NCBI GenBank assembly: GCA_001858525.1
Contig: LAPX01000001.1
Span: 70,307-134,306, forward strand
Origin: Vampirovibrio chlorellavorus
GTDB lineage: Bacteria; Cyanobacteriota; Vampirovibrionia; Vampirovibrionales; Vampirovibrionaceae
Length of the DNA stretch: 64,000 nt
Direction: 5' to 3'
Shown here piece after piece: positions 8,698 to 17,404 of the stretch. Every line of letters starts with the position of its first letter. The first letter of the stretch is position 1. The position numbers were made by a program, and so were the translations under genes. The notes below the pieces were generated by a model. The model was not told the origin of the DNA, did not search any database, and saw nothing but the letters and a program-made list of their open reading frames with translations.

Positions 8698-9906
8698 TTA
8701 AGCCTTTAAGACAGGGCGCTGCCCAGCCTCTTCAATCAGGCCCCGCAATTCGGATTCGGTCCACACGGGCACTGGCGGCTTGTTCCTTAAAAATTGAGCA
8801 TAGGATAAATCATCGGTGTTTCCGGCGTGACTGGCCCCCCACTCAAAGGCCTGCTGGGCCATCTCCAAGCGTTCCGGAACCCAGCTGAATTGAATCTGCG
8901 GGATTTGCTGACCCAACAGTAAACGTGCCACCGAAACCAGTTTCAAGGCTTCCGATTCGGAGATCAGTCCCGCTTGCGGCCCGGCAATGGGTTGATGGGA
9001 GGGATGAGGCCACAGTTGAATGATCAATCGTTGAAAGGCACCGGGGTGAGCCTCCTGAAATTCACGCAGCAAGGCCAAATGGGCCACTCGCTGCTCCCGG
9101 CTTTCCAAAGGGCCAGCTTCCAACCGGGCCAGGGTGGGCATGCCCCGCTGATGGGCCAAGGCCACGATCTCCAGCCACCGTTTTACAGTCAGCTTTTTGG
9201 GTGCAATGCGAGCCCGATGAGCATCCTCTAGAATTTCTGTGCCGAAACTTTCCAGAACCCGCACCCCATGATCCTTTAGGCAGTCCAGTATGTAGGCCTC
9301 GCTACGGTTGCTCACCACGGCCAAAAAGGCAATCTCATCGGGCGAAAAACCCTGAATCCGGCAGGAGGCAACCTGATCCTGAATGTGATTTAGCACCCGC
9401 AAATAGGTTTTCAGCACCGTGGCAGCCTCTAATCCGGGAATAACCAACTCCGAGTCAAAGCCGCCGCCACTCACGGTCAGCCATTGGGATTGCTGGGTTT
9501 TGACCGCTTGCAAAATGGCATCAATATCATCAATGGACACACGATAAGCCTGGGGATTGCCCTGATTTGCAGGGTAAGGATAAAGCGCCGGGGCCATCTC
9601 GCACACATTGGTGAGGAACAAAGAGTGTCCCGTGCCGTAGGCAATGTCGCCACCTGCCTGTTGCGCTTTCAGGGCCTCAGCCACCGAGCGCAACCGGGCA
9701 CAATCGGGCGGTGCTTGTAGAGCCAGTAAGGGCACCGCTTGTGAAGGGGTCAGGGGCTGCCCATCTTCAACGGCATCCAGCACAGCCGAGGCATTCCCCT
9801 GAACTGAGCGGGCAGTGACTGTTCGATTGCTTAAGGCTTGAGAAAACATACTGCTATTGTAGAAGAAACAGAAAACAGAAACAGTTTTCCGGCACGGGGG
9901 CGGCAA
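8698..9906 (-). CDS. MqnC/MqnE (aminofutalosine / cyclic-DHFL synthase) family homolog that lacks the canonical radical-SAM CxxxCxxC cluster motif. The probable start is the internal MFSQALS.
   Basis: Family-typical blocks are present: GDIAYGTGHSLFLTNVC, TVSGGGF, LESFGTEILEDAHRARIAPKKLTVKRWLEIVALAHQRGMPTLARLEAG...RVAHLALLREFQEAHPGAFQRLI. Where CxxxCxFCAF is expected, the sequence is TNVCEMAPALYPY (checked on the DNA). Confidence 0.6.
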   Translation of the reverse strand: MPPPCRKTVSVFCFFYNSSMFSQALSNRTVTARSVQGNASAVLDAVEDGQPLTPSQAVPLLALQAPPDCARLRSVAEALKAQQAGGDIAYGTGHSLFLTNVCEMAPALYPYPANQGNPQAYRVSIDDIDAILQAVKTQQSQWLTVSGGGFDSELVIPGLEAATVLKTYLRVLNHIQDQVASCRIQGFSPDEIAFLAVVSNRSEAYILDCLKDHGVRVLESFGTEILEDAHRARIAPKKLTVKRWLEIVALAHQRGMPTLARLEAGPLESREQRVAHLALLREFQEAHPGAFQRLIIQLWPHPSHQPIAGPQAGLISESEALKLVSVARLLLGQQIPQIQFSWVPERLEMAQQAFEWGASHAGNTDDLSYAQFLRNKPPVPVWTESELRGLIEEAGQRPVLKA

Positions 9907-10005
9907 GCCCCAAAAAAAAGGCGGTTATCAAAACCGCCTATATCTCATCATCATCATTCAGTTGGGAAATAAATCTCTCTATCCAATCAACAGATTTAAT
10001 CGGGG

Positions 10006-11103
10006 TTAGGCAATCCAGGCCGGGATGCCATTGGGCTCCGCCAGTTGATTGATGGTCAGGCCATTCACAGTGGTGCTGAGAATATTGCCCAGATCAGCTG
10101 TGGGGGCCTCAGGTTCTGCCAATAAGTTCATCAGGTCCGATTGGGCCTGAATGGGGACAATCAGGTTTCCAGCAGCCAGACCAAAGGGCTGCCCGGCCCA
10201 AACACCCGGAATAATACCGATGGCCGATGCTGGTGGCTGAGTGACCCGGGCTTGACTCAGCAAGAATTCCAACTGGGGAAGCGCTTGCTGGGCCGCGGTC
10301 AATTGAGTGGTTTTTTCAGTAATCTGGGCTTGCAATTCGGCGGCTCGGGCTTGTACACGGGCCTTATCTTCCTTGCCCGTCTGATCGGTCTTAAGCACTT
10401 TGGCCCGAAGATCTTGCAGATCCGTAATGTCTTTTTGCAATGTACTGATTTGAGCTTTCAACTGTAGAATGGCCAAGCCAATTTGAGTGACATTGTTGGT
10501 GTTGGGAGCGACCGGTTGACCCACAGGCTGAAATAAGGGGGAGCCACTGAGGAACGTATTGGGAAACAGTTGAGCCTGAGAAGCAACGGGGGTGACAAAA
10601 TTCTGGAAGGGGGGCACCACAGGGGTTACAAAAGGGTACAGGGGTGGCACCAGATTGGGCTGAAATAAGCCATTTCCGCCAAAAATCTTATTGGTGGAAT
10701 CCATGGTTCCCAGCAAAACGTTCAGGGAGTTCGGATTTCTCCAAATCAGGGGGTTAAAAGCTGTCAAATCCTTGTTCAGACTGGCTGAAGGGGTGAAGAT
10801 GTTGCTGCCAAAACCGGGGGATAAAATATTACCGATGAGTCCGGTGGTCCCGTTTAAAACACTGACCGGATTGGCATTTTTGGGAATGGGATTGTTTCCC
10901 AGCAACAAAAACGGAGAGTTGCTGCCGCCGGAGGAAATACTGCCGGAAAAATCATTGACTGAACCCAAAATATCGCGAGGGTGTAAAAAGTCATTGCCCC
11001 GACCATCGAAAACACTACCGGACAATACGCCAGCATTGACAGTGGTACCGGCAAAAGCACGCTGGTTGGTCAACGGGGTAAAAGAACTAGACAGAGTCGA
11101 CAT
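10006..11103 (-). CDS. Hypothetical protein. The N-terminal half is G/N/S/P-rich and low-complexity; there is a central coiled coil.
   Basis: Long ORF. The coiled-coil segment is LQLKAQISTLQKDITDLQDLRAKVL...AELQAQITEKTTQLTAAQQ. Confidence 0.55.
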   Translation of the reverse strand: MSTLSSSFTPLTNQRAFAGTTVNAGVLSGSVFDGRGNDFLHPRDILGSVNDFSGSISSGGSNSPFLLLGNNPIPKNANPVSVLNGTTGLIGNILSPGFGSNIFTPSASLNKDLTAFNPLIWRNPNSLNVLLGTMDSTNKIFGGNGLFQPNLVPPLYPFVTPVVPPFQNFVTPVASQAQLFPNTFLSGSPLFQPVGQPVAPNTNNVTQIGLAILQLKAQISTLQKDITDLQDLRAKVLKTDQTGKEDKARVQARAAELQAQITEKTTQLTAAQQALPQLEFLLSQARVTQPPASAIGIIPGVWAGQPFGLAAGNLIVPIQAQSDLMNLLAEPEAPTADLGNILSTTVNGLTINQLAEPNGIPAWIA

Positions 11104-11389
11104 AATGCGGTATCCCTTCTGATGATGAGAAACTCACTAACCTTGAATGACTTCGGCGGTGGGTGGTTTGGGAATGGATGAGATGGCTTGAAAAATCTGG
11201 AGGGTAAAAAAGATGAGGATGATATCTAAAACTTATCCCTTATGATGGAATAAAAAATCATTAGTATATAAAATTGATCCCAAACCCCAGTTTAGTTACA
11301 AAAGTTCATAAAATGCCCGAAGAAAAGCCAAAACAACCCGTCCCAAAGTTCCTTCTGGAAACGTGACTCTGAGAACTCGATTGAAGAGC

Positions 11390-12211
11390 CTATGATTTCT
11401 GGGGTTTCACCATTTCAAAGAGCAAAATAGCGGTGGCCGTGGCCACATTGAGGGAATCCACGGTGCCATGCATGGGTATTTTGACCAGAAAATCGCAGTT
11501 TTTGCGCACCAGTGAGGCCAAACCCTTGCCCTCGCTACCCATAATCAGCAACATGGGCATCTGGTAATCCTGCCGGTGATAATCCACGGCCCCGGTATCG
11601 TTGGCCGCCCCGGCCACCCAAAAACCGGCATCTTTAACCTGTTGAATGGCCTGATTGAGATTAGAGACCACGGCGATGGCAACGGTTTCTTCGGCCCCGG
11701 AAGCCGTTTTAGAGACACCCGGGCCAAAACCGGCGCTGTGCTGCTTGGGAATAATCACCCCGTCAATGCCTGAGGCATCGGCCACCCGCAAAATGGCCCC
11801 AAAGTTCCGGGGATCGGTTACTCCATCCAGCATCAACAGGCGGGGGTGTTTACCCTGGGCTTTTTTGGCCTCACAAAGCTGCAGTAGGACAGGCAGATTC
11901 AATAAGGTTTTGGGGGCCACCGAGGCCATGACCCCCTGATGGCTGATGCCGCCCTCGTCCCGATCTTCGGCAATATCAGGGTTGGCCTCAGCGAAGGCCG
12001 CCTCTTGCCCCCGCAGCATCTGATCCAGCTTTTGGCGCGGTACCACCTGCACAGGAATTTTGGCCTGCCGGGCACTGTCCTGGATGGCCTGCACCCGCTT
12101 ATCAGGTTTTAACCCTTCCGCCAGAAAAATTTTAAACACCTTGGTCGGGCTGGCATCCAGCAGGGCTTTGACGCTATTTTTACCGTACACATAACGAGAG
12201 CCACCGCTCAT
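11390..12211 (-). CDS. rlmB: TrmH/SpoU-family 23S rRNA 2'-O-methyltransferase (RlmB-like).
   Basis: SpoU motifs GVTDPRNFGAILRVADASGIDGVIIP, LLIMGSEGKGL, IPMHGTVDSLNVATATAILLFE. Confidence 0.8.
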   Translation of the reverse strand: MSGGSRYVYGKNSVKALLDASPTKVFKIFLAEGLKPDKRVQAIQDSARQAKIPVQVVPRQKLDQMLRGQEAAFAEANPDIAEDRDEGGISHQGVMASVAPKTLLNLPVLLQLCEAKKAQGKHPRLLMLDGVTDPRNFGAILRVADASGIDGVIIPKQHSAGFGPGVSKTASGAEETVAIAVVSNLNQAIQQVKDAGFWVAGAANDTGAVDYHRQDYQMPMLLIMGSEGKGLASLVRKNCDFLVKIPMHGTVDSLNVATATAILLFEMVKPQKS

Positions 12212-12246
12212 GACAGACCTTCCTTTTCAGTTCTAACGCTTCGGAT

Positions 12247-13401
12247 TTAGGGCGTTTTAGAGGATGAAGCAGAGTTATCATAACTGAAAGGATGACGGAT
12301 CCGTTCTTTCAAGGATGTTTTTTGATCCGGTTGGGGTGGTGGTGGCACCGGAAATGGCAACCAGCCATTGGCCCCCACAGCAGGGGCGGTATCATTCAGG
12401 GAAACCATTTGGGTCCGCTCACTGGAAACATCGTAGCGCCACACGCCCAAAAACTTCTTTTCTTTCAAATCGTAGGCCCAGGCCTTAATCAACACCACGT
12501 CATCGCTATTGGGTTCCCACCCCAGCGGTTGAATGTCCCAGTTCAGCTTTTCAATGTGTGCTAAATTGCCATGCTGAATCCAGTAATGCTGAATAACCCG
12601 CTGCACTTCCGGGTAAATGGTCACGGTGCCCTTGGCCTGATCATGGATGAGAATATTGGTGGTGCGCACCCCCAGGTGCAAAATGCCACTGCGCTCCTTG
12701 AACAGCAGACGATTGCCGGTGTAAGACCAATCCACCACGGTTAGGGTTCTAAAATCAAAGCGACCCACCCGGTTAAAACCCACATCGGCCAGGGATTTTC
12801 GAATGCGGGTGGTCTTTCGGGGATCAAAACGAGCGGCATAGGTAGCAAAGGCCACCGGGGGATCAGGCTTGGCTTGGGCCGCCTCACTGGGCAGTCGTTC
12901 CAGCGGCGGCTGAGGGAGCGGCGTGACCGGGACCCAGTACAATCTGGAAATGGTCTGGCGATCGTCTGGGGTAAACAGCACCTCTGTGTAGACAAAGGCG
13001 GTTTTGTCCGGGGCAACCACCGGGGGACTCTGAATCAGGCGTCGCCCTTCCAGATTCCACAGATCCAACTCTCGAGGATAGGTATTATAAGGTTCATAGC
13101 GGACATAGTCCGGGATATTGGACGGGCTATCCACGGACAGAGAAGCGTTATTGGCTGGCATCCCATAAACGGGCCGCGTTTCCGGGGCCATGGGCGGCGC
13201 AGGGGTGACCTGAATGGGGATAGCCGGTTTTTTGGCGGCCTCTACCCAGCCCAAAGCCAGGACGAAAAGGGCCATTAGCCCACACACGCTCAAGCGCCAA
13301 AACCGCTGCAACATCGGGATACGCATAGCGTTATTGTGGCACGGCGGTAAGATGTCGCCGTCCTCAATCCAAAGGAACTTCTGGCTAAAAGGATGAAGCA
13401 A
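12247..13401 (-). CDS. Hypothetical exported or membrane-anchored Pro-rich protein. The start is probably an internal Met (MRIPMLQRFWRLSV...).
   Basis: N-terminal hydrophobic segment LSVCGLMALFVLALGWVEA. No recognisable catalytic motifs. Confidence 0.55.
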   Translation of the reverse strand: MLHPFSQKFLWIEDGDILPPCHNNAMRIPMLQRFWRLSVCGLMALFVLALGWVEAAKKPAIPIQVTPAPPMAPETRPVYGMPANNASLSVDSPSNIPDYVRYEPYNTYPRELDLWNLEGRRLIQSPPVVAPDKTAFVYTEVLFTPDDRQTISRLYWVPVTPLPQPPLERLPSEAAQAKPDPPVAFATYAARFDPRKTTRIRKSLADVGFNRVGRFDFRTLTVVDWSYTGNRLLFKERSGILHLGVRTTNILIHDQAKGTVTIYPEVQRVIQHYWIQHGNLAHIEKLNWDIQPLGWEPNSDDVVLIKAWAYDLKEKKFLGVWRYDVSSERTQMVSLNDTAPAVGANGWLPFPVPPPPQPDQKTSLKERIRHPFSYDNSASSSKTP

Positions 13402-13419
13402 CTGATGAGAAAACAGAAG

Positions 13420-13523
13420 AAAAAAAAAGACCTCTTTTTACAGAGAGGTCGATCCATTTTTTTGGTTGGGAGTGAGGGGGAAAGTGAGTGTTTTTGTAGG
13501 GATGTTAGTGTGTTACTAACTTT
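13420..13523 (-). ncRNA. Candidate small RNA, unit 1 of a tandem paralogous pair. It ends in a canonical intrinsic terminator.
   Basis: On the minus strand: -35 TTGCCA, 16-nt spacer, -10 TATATT (plus 13531..13558). Then a conserved C-rich 3' block (CACTTTCCCCCTCACTCCCAACC), a 7-bp hairpin (13429-35 / 13444-50) and a T9 run. Confidence 0.35.
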
Positions 13524-13530
13524 AGATAGC

Positions 13531-13558
13531 AATATACCGCTTCAAAAATTGCTGGCAA
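13531..13558 (-). promoter_or_regulatory. Putative sigma70-type promoter for sRNA unit 1.
   Basis: TTGCCA, 16 nt, TATATT on the minus strand. The region is partly conserved upstream of unit 2 (13921..13946). Confidence 0.3.
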
Positions 13559-13762
13559 GAAAATCCGTAGCTCAACCGTCATGTTGTAATATTTCGTTAC
13601 ATTCACCATTAAAAAGACTATAGAAGCAATACAACCTAACCACCCTCGGGTGAAGCAGGCCTTTGGCTCTGTACATTCTCTGGCGGGCTTTACCTATAGA
13701 CGCTCAGGAGGCCAGAAACCGTTTGAAAACAGAAAAGTCAGAGCCGCAGTGTATGAGTAAGC

Positions 13763-13913
13763 AAAAAAAAGACCTTCTAACGAATTAGAAGGTCGATCCA
13801 ATTTTTAGGTTGGGAGTGAGGGGGAAAGTGAAAGATTTAAGAGTTAGATCTAACTCCCAAACAACAGACTTTGCTTTGCTATAAGGCTTAAAGCGCCGCC
13901 GTGTTTGAGTGTT
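13763..13913 (-). ncRNA. Candidate small RNA, unit 2 of the tandem pair.
   Basis: Same conserved 3' block (plus 13791..13830). 10-bp hairpin GACCTTCTAA-CGAA-TTAGAAGGTC (13771..13794) followed by T8. The stem differs from unit 1 by compensatory changes. The upstream region is similar (ATAT(A/C)CGCTTCAAA). Confidence 0.35.
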
Positions 13914-14355
13914 TAAGTAGAATATCGCTTCAAATTTCGGGCGCAACTGTTTTCGTACAATTTCGCCCCACGTGTTTACAATTATTTACATAGAGTGTTC
14001 AAATCACACTAAAACCGTGGCTTTTTGATTTCAGCCCAATCATCACTGACCGTCCTTTAAAATCAGGGCCATTTTGACAGCAGACTAATTGACAGTTGCC
14101 CCAAAATTTCTCCCGTAGCAAATGCACACCATGACTGGTAAGTGTGGCCCAAACACGGGATTCTCACTGTTACATTTGCTTACATGGCGACCCTGCTTGG
14201 TGTTTCCAAGACACGGACTTTGGCAAATCACCACACCGACTGAGAATCCTCCATCATGAATTCCCCCGGTGGAGCAAAGAAAATGAAAGTAAAAGTCGAA
14301 CCAGGCCCTTGGGGTGCGATAGAATAAGGCATCGAGCAAGAGATCAGCGAACCCC

Positions 14356-15567
14356 ATGGATTTTTCTGGAAAAACAATTGTCGTAGCCATTACCGGAGGC
14401 ATTGCCGCCTACAAAGCCTGCGACCTCATACGGGAACTCTACCGGCGAGGTGCCCACCGGGTGCTGGGTATTATGACCCCGACCGCAGAAGCCTTTCTCC
14501 CCTCACTGACGGTACAGGCCTTGAGCCGCTACCCAGTGTACACGTCCGAATTGTCCGTGGATGATCATGGGGTGCCCATTCACATCGTGCTGGCCCAGCA
14601 GGCCGACGCCTTGCTGATTGTCCCTGCCACCACCGACACCCTGGCCAAGCTGGCCCATGGTCTGGCCGATAATCTGGTGACCACCACGGCCATTACCTTT
14701 ACCGGCAAGCCGGTTCTGATAGCCCCGGCCATGAACACCCGCATGTGGGATCATCCCATCAGCCAACAAAATCTGGAAACCCTTAAAAGCGTTCCCAATT
14801 ACCAAGTGATCGAACCGGCCTCCGGCAGTCTGGCCTGCGGGGAAGTGGGCGAGGGCCATTTGGCTGACCAAGAGACCATACTACAAGCTCTATACGCCGC
14901 TCTGCATCCCCAGCGAGATTTGTACAACGGCGTGAAGGTTGTGGTCACCGCCGGAGGCACTTCTGAGCCCATTGATCCGGTGCGGGTCATCTCCAATCGC
15001 AGCTCCGGCAAAATGGGGTTGGCCTTGGCCGATGAACTGGCCGCAATGGGGGCGGAGGTCATCCTGATTACCACCCGTCCGCCCAGTGGCAGGCGTTATC
15101 CGATCATGACCGTGCAGACGGCCGCCGACATGAAAGAGGCCGTGGAGGCTCAAGCGGCACAAAGCCAATTGGTACTCATGGCTGCGGCCATATCCGATTA
15201 CCGGGTGGACAACCCTTCGGCCCAAAAACTGAAGCGCACGGCCAGCGAGTCCCGGCAACTGGACTTGGTACCCAACCCGGATATTTTAGCCGGTCTGGGG
15301 GCCAATAAACCTGCTGGACAAATTCTGGTGGGGTTTGCCGCCGAATCACAGGCACTCATTCATCACGCCACCCAAAAGCTACAGGCCAAAAACCTGGATG
15401 CCATTGTGGCCAATGACATCAGCCGCAGTGATATTGGCTTTGAGGCCGATCACAACGAAGTGACCGTCCTGTTTCCCCATCGGGCGCCTGAAATGCTAAC
15501 CCGCAGCAGTAAGCCTGAAATCGCCAGGCAGTTGTTACTGTTATTACACCAGCAGTTTTTTGCATAA
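14356..15567 (+). CDS. coaBC: Bifunctional phosphopantothenoylcysteine decarboxylase / phosphopantothenate-cysteine ligase.
   Basis: Flavoprotein N-terminal domain (KTIVVAITGGIAAYKACDLIRELYRRG) and a DFP C-terminal ligase domain. 403 aa. Confidence 0.9.
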   Translation: MDFSGKTIVVAITGGIAAYKACDLIRELYRRGAHRVLGIMTPTAEAFLPSLTVQALSRYPVYTSELSVDDHGVPIHIVLAQQADALLIVPATTDTLAKLAHGLADNLVTTTAITFTGKPVLIAPAMNTRMWDHPISQQNLETLKSVPNYQVIEPASGSLACGEVGEGHLADQETILQALYAALHPQRDLYNGVKVVVTAGGTSEPIDPVRVISNRSSGKMGLALADELAAMGAEVILITTRPPSGRRYPIMTVQTAADMKEAVEAQAAQSQLVLMAAAISDYRVDNPSAQKLKRTASESRQLDLVPNPDILAGLGANKPAGQILVGFAAESQALIHHATQKLQAKNLDAIVANDISRSDIGFEADHNEVTVLFPHRAPEMLTRSSKPEIARQLLLLLHQQFFA

Positions 15568-15576
15568 AGCAACAGA

Positions 15577-15598
15577 CCTTCCGAATCGTTTCGGAAGG
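15577..15598. terminator. Hairpin between the convergent coaBC and AAA-ATPase genes; putative terminator.
   Basis: CCTTCCGAA-TCGT-TTCGGAAGG 9-bp stem. Only a weak T-run follows. Confidence 0.35.
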
Positions 15599-15624
15599 CC
15601 TGCCAATTTTCCACTTGAGTTCTA

Positions 15625-17121
15625 TCAAACGTACATATTTTTCCAGGCCGTATCCCGCTCAGGCTTGACCTCAAACTTGGCTATCATTTGTTTATAGCTT
15701 TCAGCCATATCATCGCTGACTGAGGGATGCACCTTTTTCAGGGCCTTGCTGAAATGCGCCTCGGTGATTTTTTCCCGCTGCGCTAAGGCAAACCGGGAAG
15801 CCTGATTCACCAACTCCTTCAAGTCCGCAATAGAATACCCATGGGTCTTTGCGGCCAGACTTCCAACATCCAGCCCATCGGCTAAAACCTGGGCAGATCG
15901 CTGCTTTAAGTACATATCCAGCACCTGTTTGCGGCTGGGCTCATCGGGAGCGCCTACGTAAATTTTGGCGTTCATCCGCCCTGAGCGTACTAGGGCCGGA
16001 TCCAGCATGGCTGGCAAATTGGTGGTAGCCACCACGAACACATTCTTCTGGGCGCATTCATTCAACTGGTTCAGGAACTCGGCCACTTCTTCATTGTGAT
16101 GGGTATTGACGGACTCTCCATTCCGCTGCGGGGCCACCGCGTCTACCTCATCAATCAACAGCACCGTGGGCCGCTTGGTCTTCTTAGCCATCTCGGCGGC
16201 TGCGTCAAAAGATTCCCCGATAAACTTAGAGGTTTCATGGATATAGGGCGATCCAATGGTGGACGGGTGAATCTCCAGGAAGTTGGCCCCGGCCTCTTCC
16301 GCCACAGCCTTGGCAAAAAAGGTTTTTCCATTGCCAGGTGGGCCATACAACAGCACCCCAGACGCCGAATTTTCCAGTCCGTAATCTTTATAAAGCTGAG
16401 GGTTTTGAATCTGATCCACCAGCAACCGGTTCAAATCCGATTTCAATCCCTCCATTCCGGCGATTCGCTTAAAGCCCAGCCGCTCGGCATTGGGTCCAAA
16501 GGGACTCTGTTTGTAGGAAATAACCTTAATGGGATTGTTTTCGGTCTTGTTATTTTTAAACCGATTGTAGTCACGATCATCGTCACTGTCAGAACCACTC
16601 CAGTCAGACTCGTCCGCCCGTTTATTCCAGGGGGTCTTTAAAATGTCTTCAAATGCCTTCTTCACACTGGCCTGCACCAACAACCGCAGGCCTTCATCAT
16701 CAGAGGCAGGGGCCACATCAGGCACTCGCCGGGGCGGGGTAGAAGTCGCCGTCAGAGAATCTTTCGGTGCCACGGGCTTTTGAAACGTTGGCCCATCCTG
16801 CTTGGGCCGTTTTCGCAAATTATAACGATTGTCAGAAAGTGGCTTTTCACTCAAAGAAGCCAACGTGGACTCTTCAGTCAAAGACGATGAGGTCCACTGG
16901 CTTTGACTTTCCTCGGTGTCAGAAGGTGAGTAGCCTTCCTCTGAATCACTTTCGCTGGGTGTCGGGGTGCGTTTGCGACGCCCTGCAAAATGAACCTCAT
17001 CCCGCTGCAATAACGAGGCACTTGGCCCGATGTGTGGAGACACCTCTCGTTGACCGTTCTGTTTTCTAAGCGGTGTCACCTGAGCTTGCTTGCCGAAAAC
17101 GGCACTCGAAATCCCGACCAT
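15625..17121 (-). CDS. AAA+ ATPase of the classic CDC48/FtsH-type clade, with a ~270-aa acidic Ser/Asp/Glu-rich disordered N-terminus.
   Basis: Walker A GPPGNGKT, Walker B LLIDEVD, second region of homology ALVRSGRMNAKIYVGAPD. The N-terminus is low-complexity (DSDSEEGYSPSDTEESQSQ...). Confidence 0.8.
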   Translation of the reverse strand: MVGISSAVFGKQAQVTPLRKQNGQREVSPHIGPSASLLQRDEVHFAGRRKRTPTPSESDSEEGYSPSDTEESQSQWTSSSLTEESTLASLSEKPLSDNRYNLRKRPKQDGPTFQKPVAPKDSLTATSTPPRRVPDVAPASDDEGLRLLVQASVKKAFEDILKTPWNKRADESDWSGSDSDDDRDYNRFKNNKTENNPIKVISYKQSPFGPNAERLGFKRIAGMEGLKSDLNRLLVDQIQNPQLYKDYGLENSASGVLLYGPPGNGKTFFAKAVAEEAGANFLEIHPSTIGSPYIHETSKFIGESFDAAAEMAKKTKRPTVLLIDEVDAVAPQRNGESVNTHHNEEVAEFLNQLNECAQKNVFVVATTNLPAMLDPALVRSGRMNAKIYVGAPDEPSRKQVLDMYLKQRSAQVLADGLDVGSLAAKTHGYSIADLKELVNQASRFALAQREKITEAHFSKALKKVHPSVSDDMAESYKQMIAKFEVKPERDTAWKNMYV

Positions 17122-17404
17122 GTTTTATTCCCCTTCTCTTGAACTCACTAAAGCAGCCAGAACACTCTAAACCCTATCCAGGAGTGGTAACTGCTTTACA
17201 AACACTGACTTTGTCAACAAACTAAAATCTCAAAACCCATTGTGTTGGTTGTTGAGTGCTAAAAAACCCACTTCGAAACTCACTTGATAATCCATTAAAA
17301 AACATACACCAAAAAATACAAAACTCAAGCTTGTATTTGCAGTTCCCAATAAAAACGCCCGGCTGAGCACAACCGAGCGTTTTTTAGAGATCAATCAAAC
17401 GCTA

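Noticed and set aside
14085-14402. Short ORFs (105 and 80 aa) in the 13400..14355 non-coding stretch.
   Set aside because: Overlapping opposite-strand ORFs without ribosome-binding sites. The region is better explained by the sRNA-like units and the coaBC promoter region.
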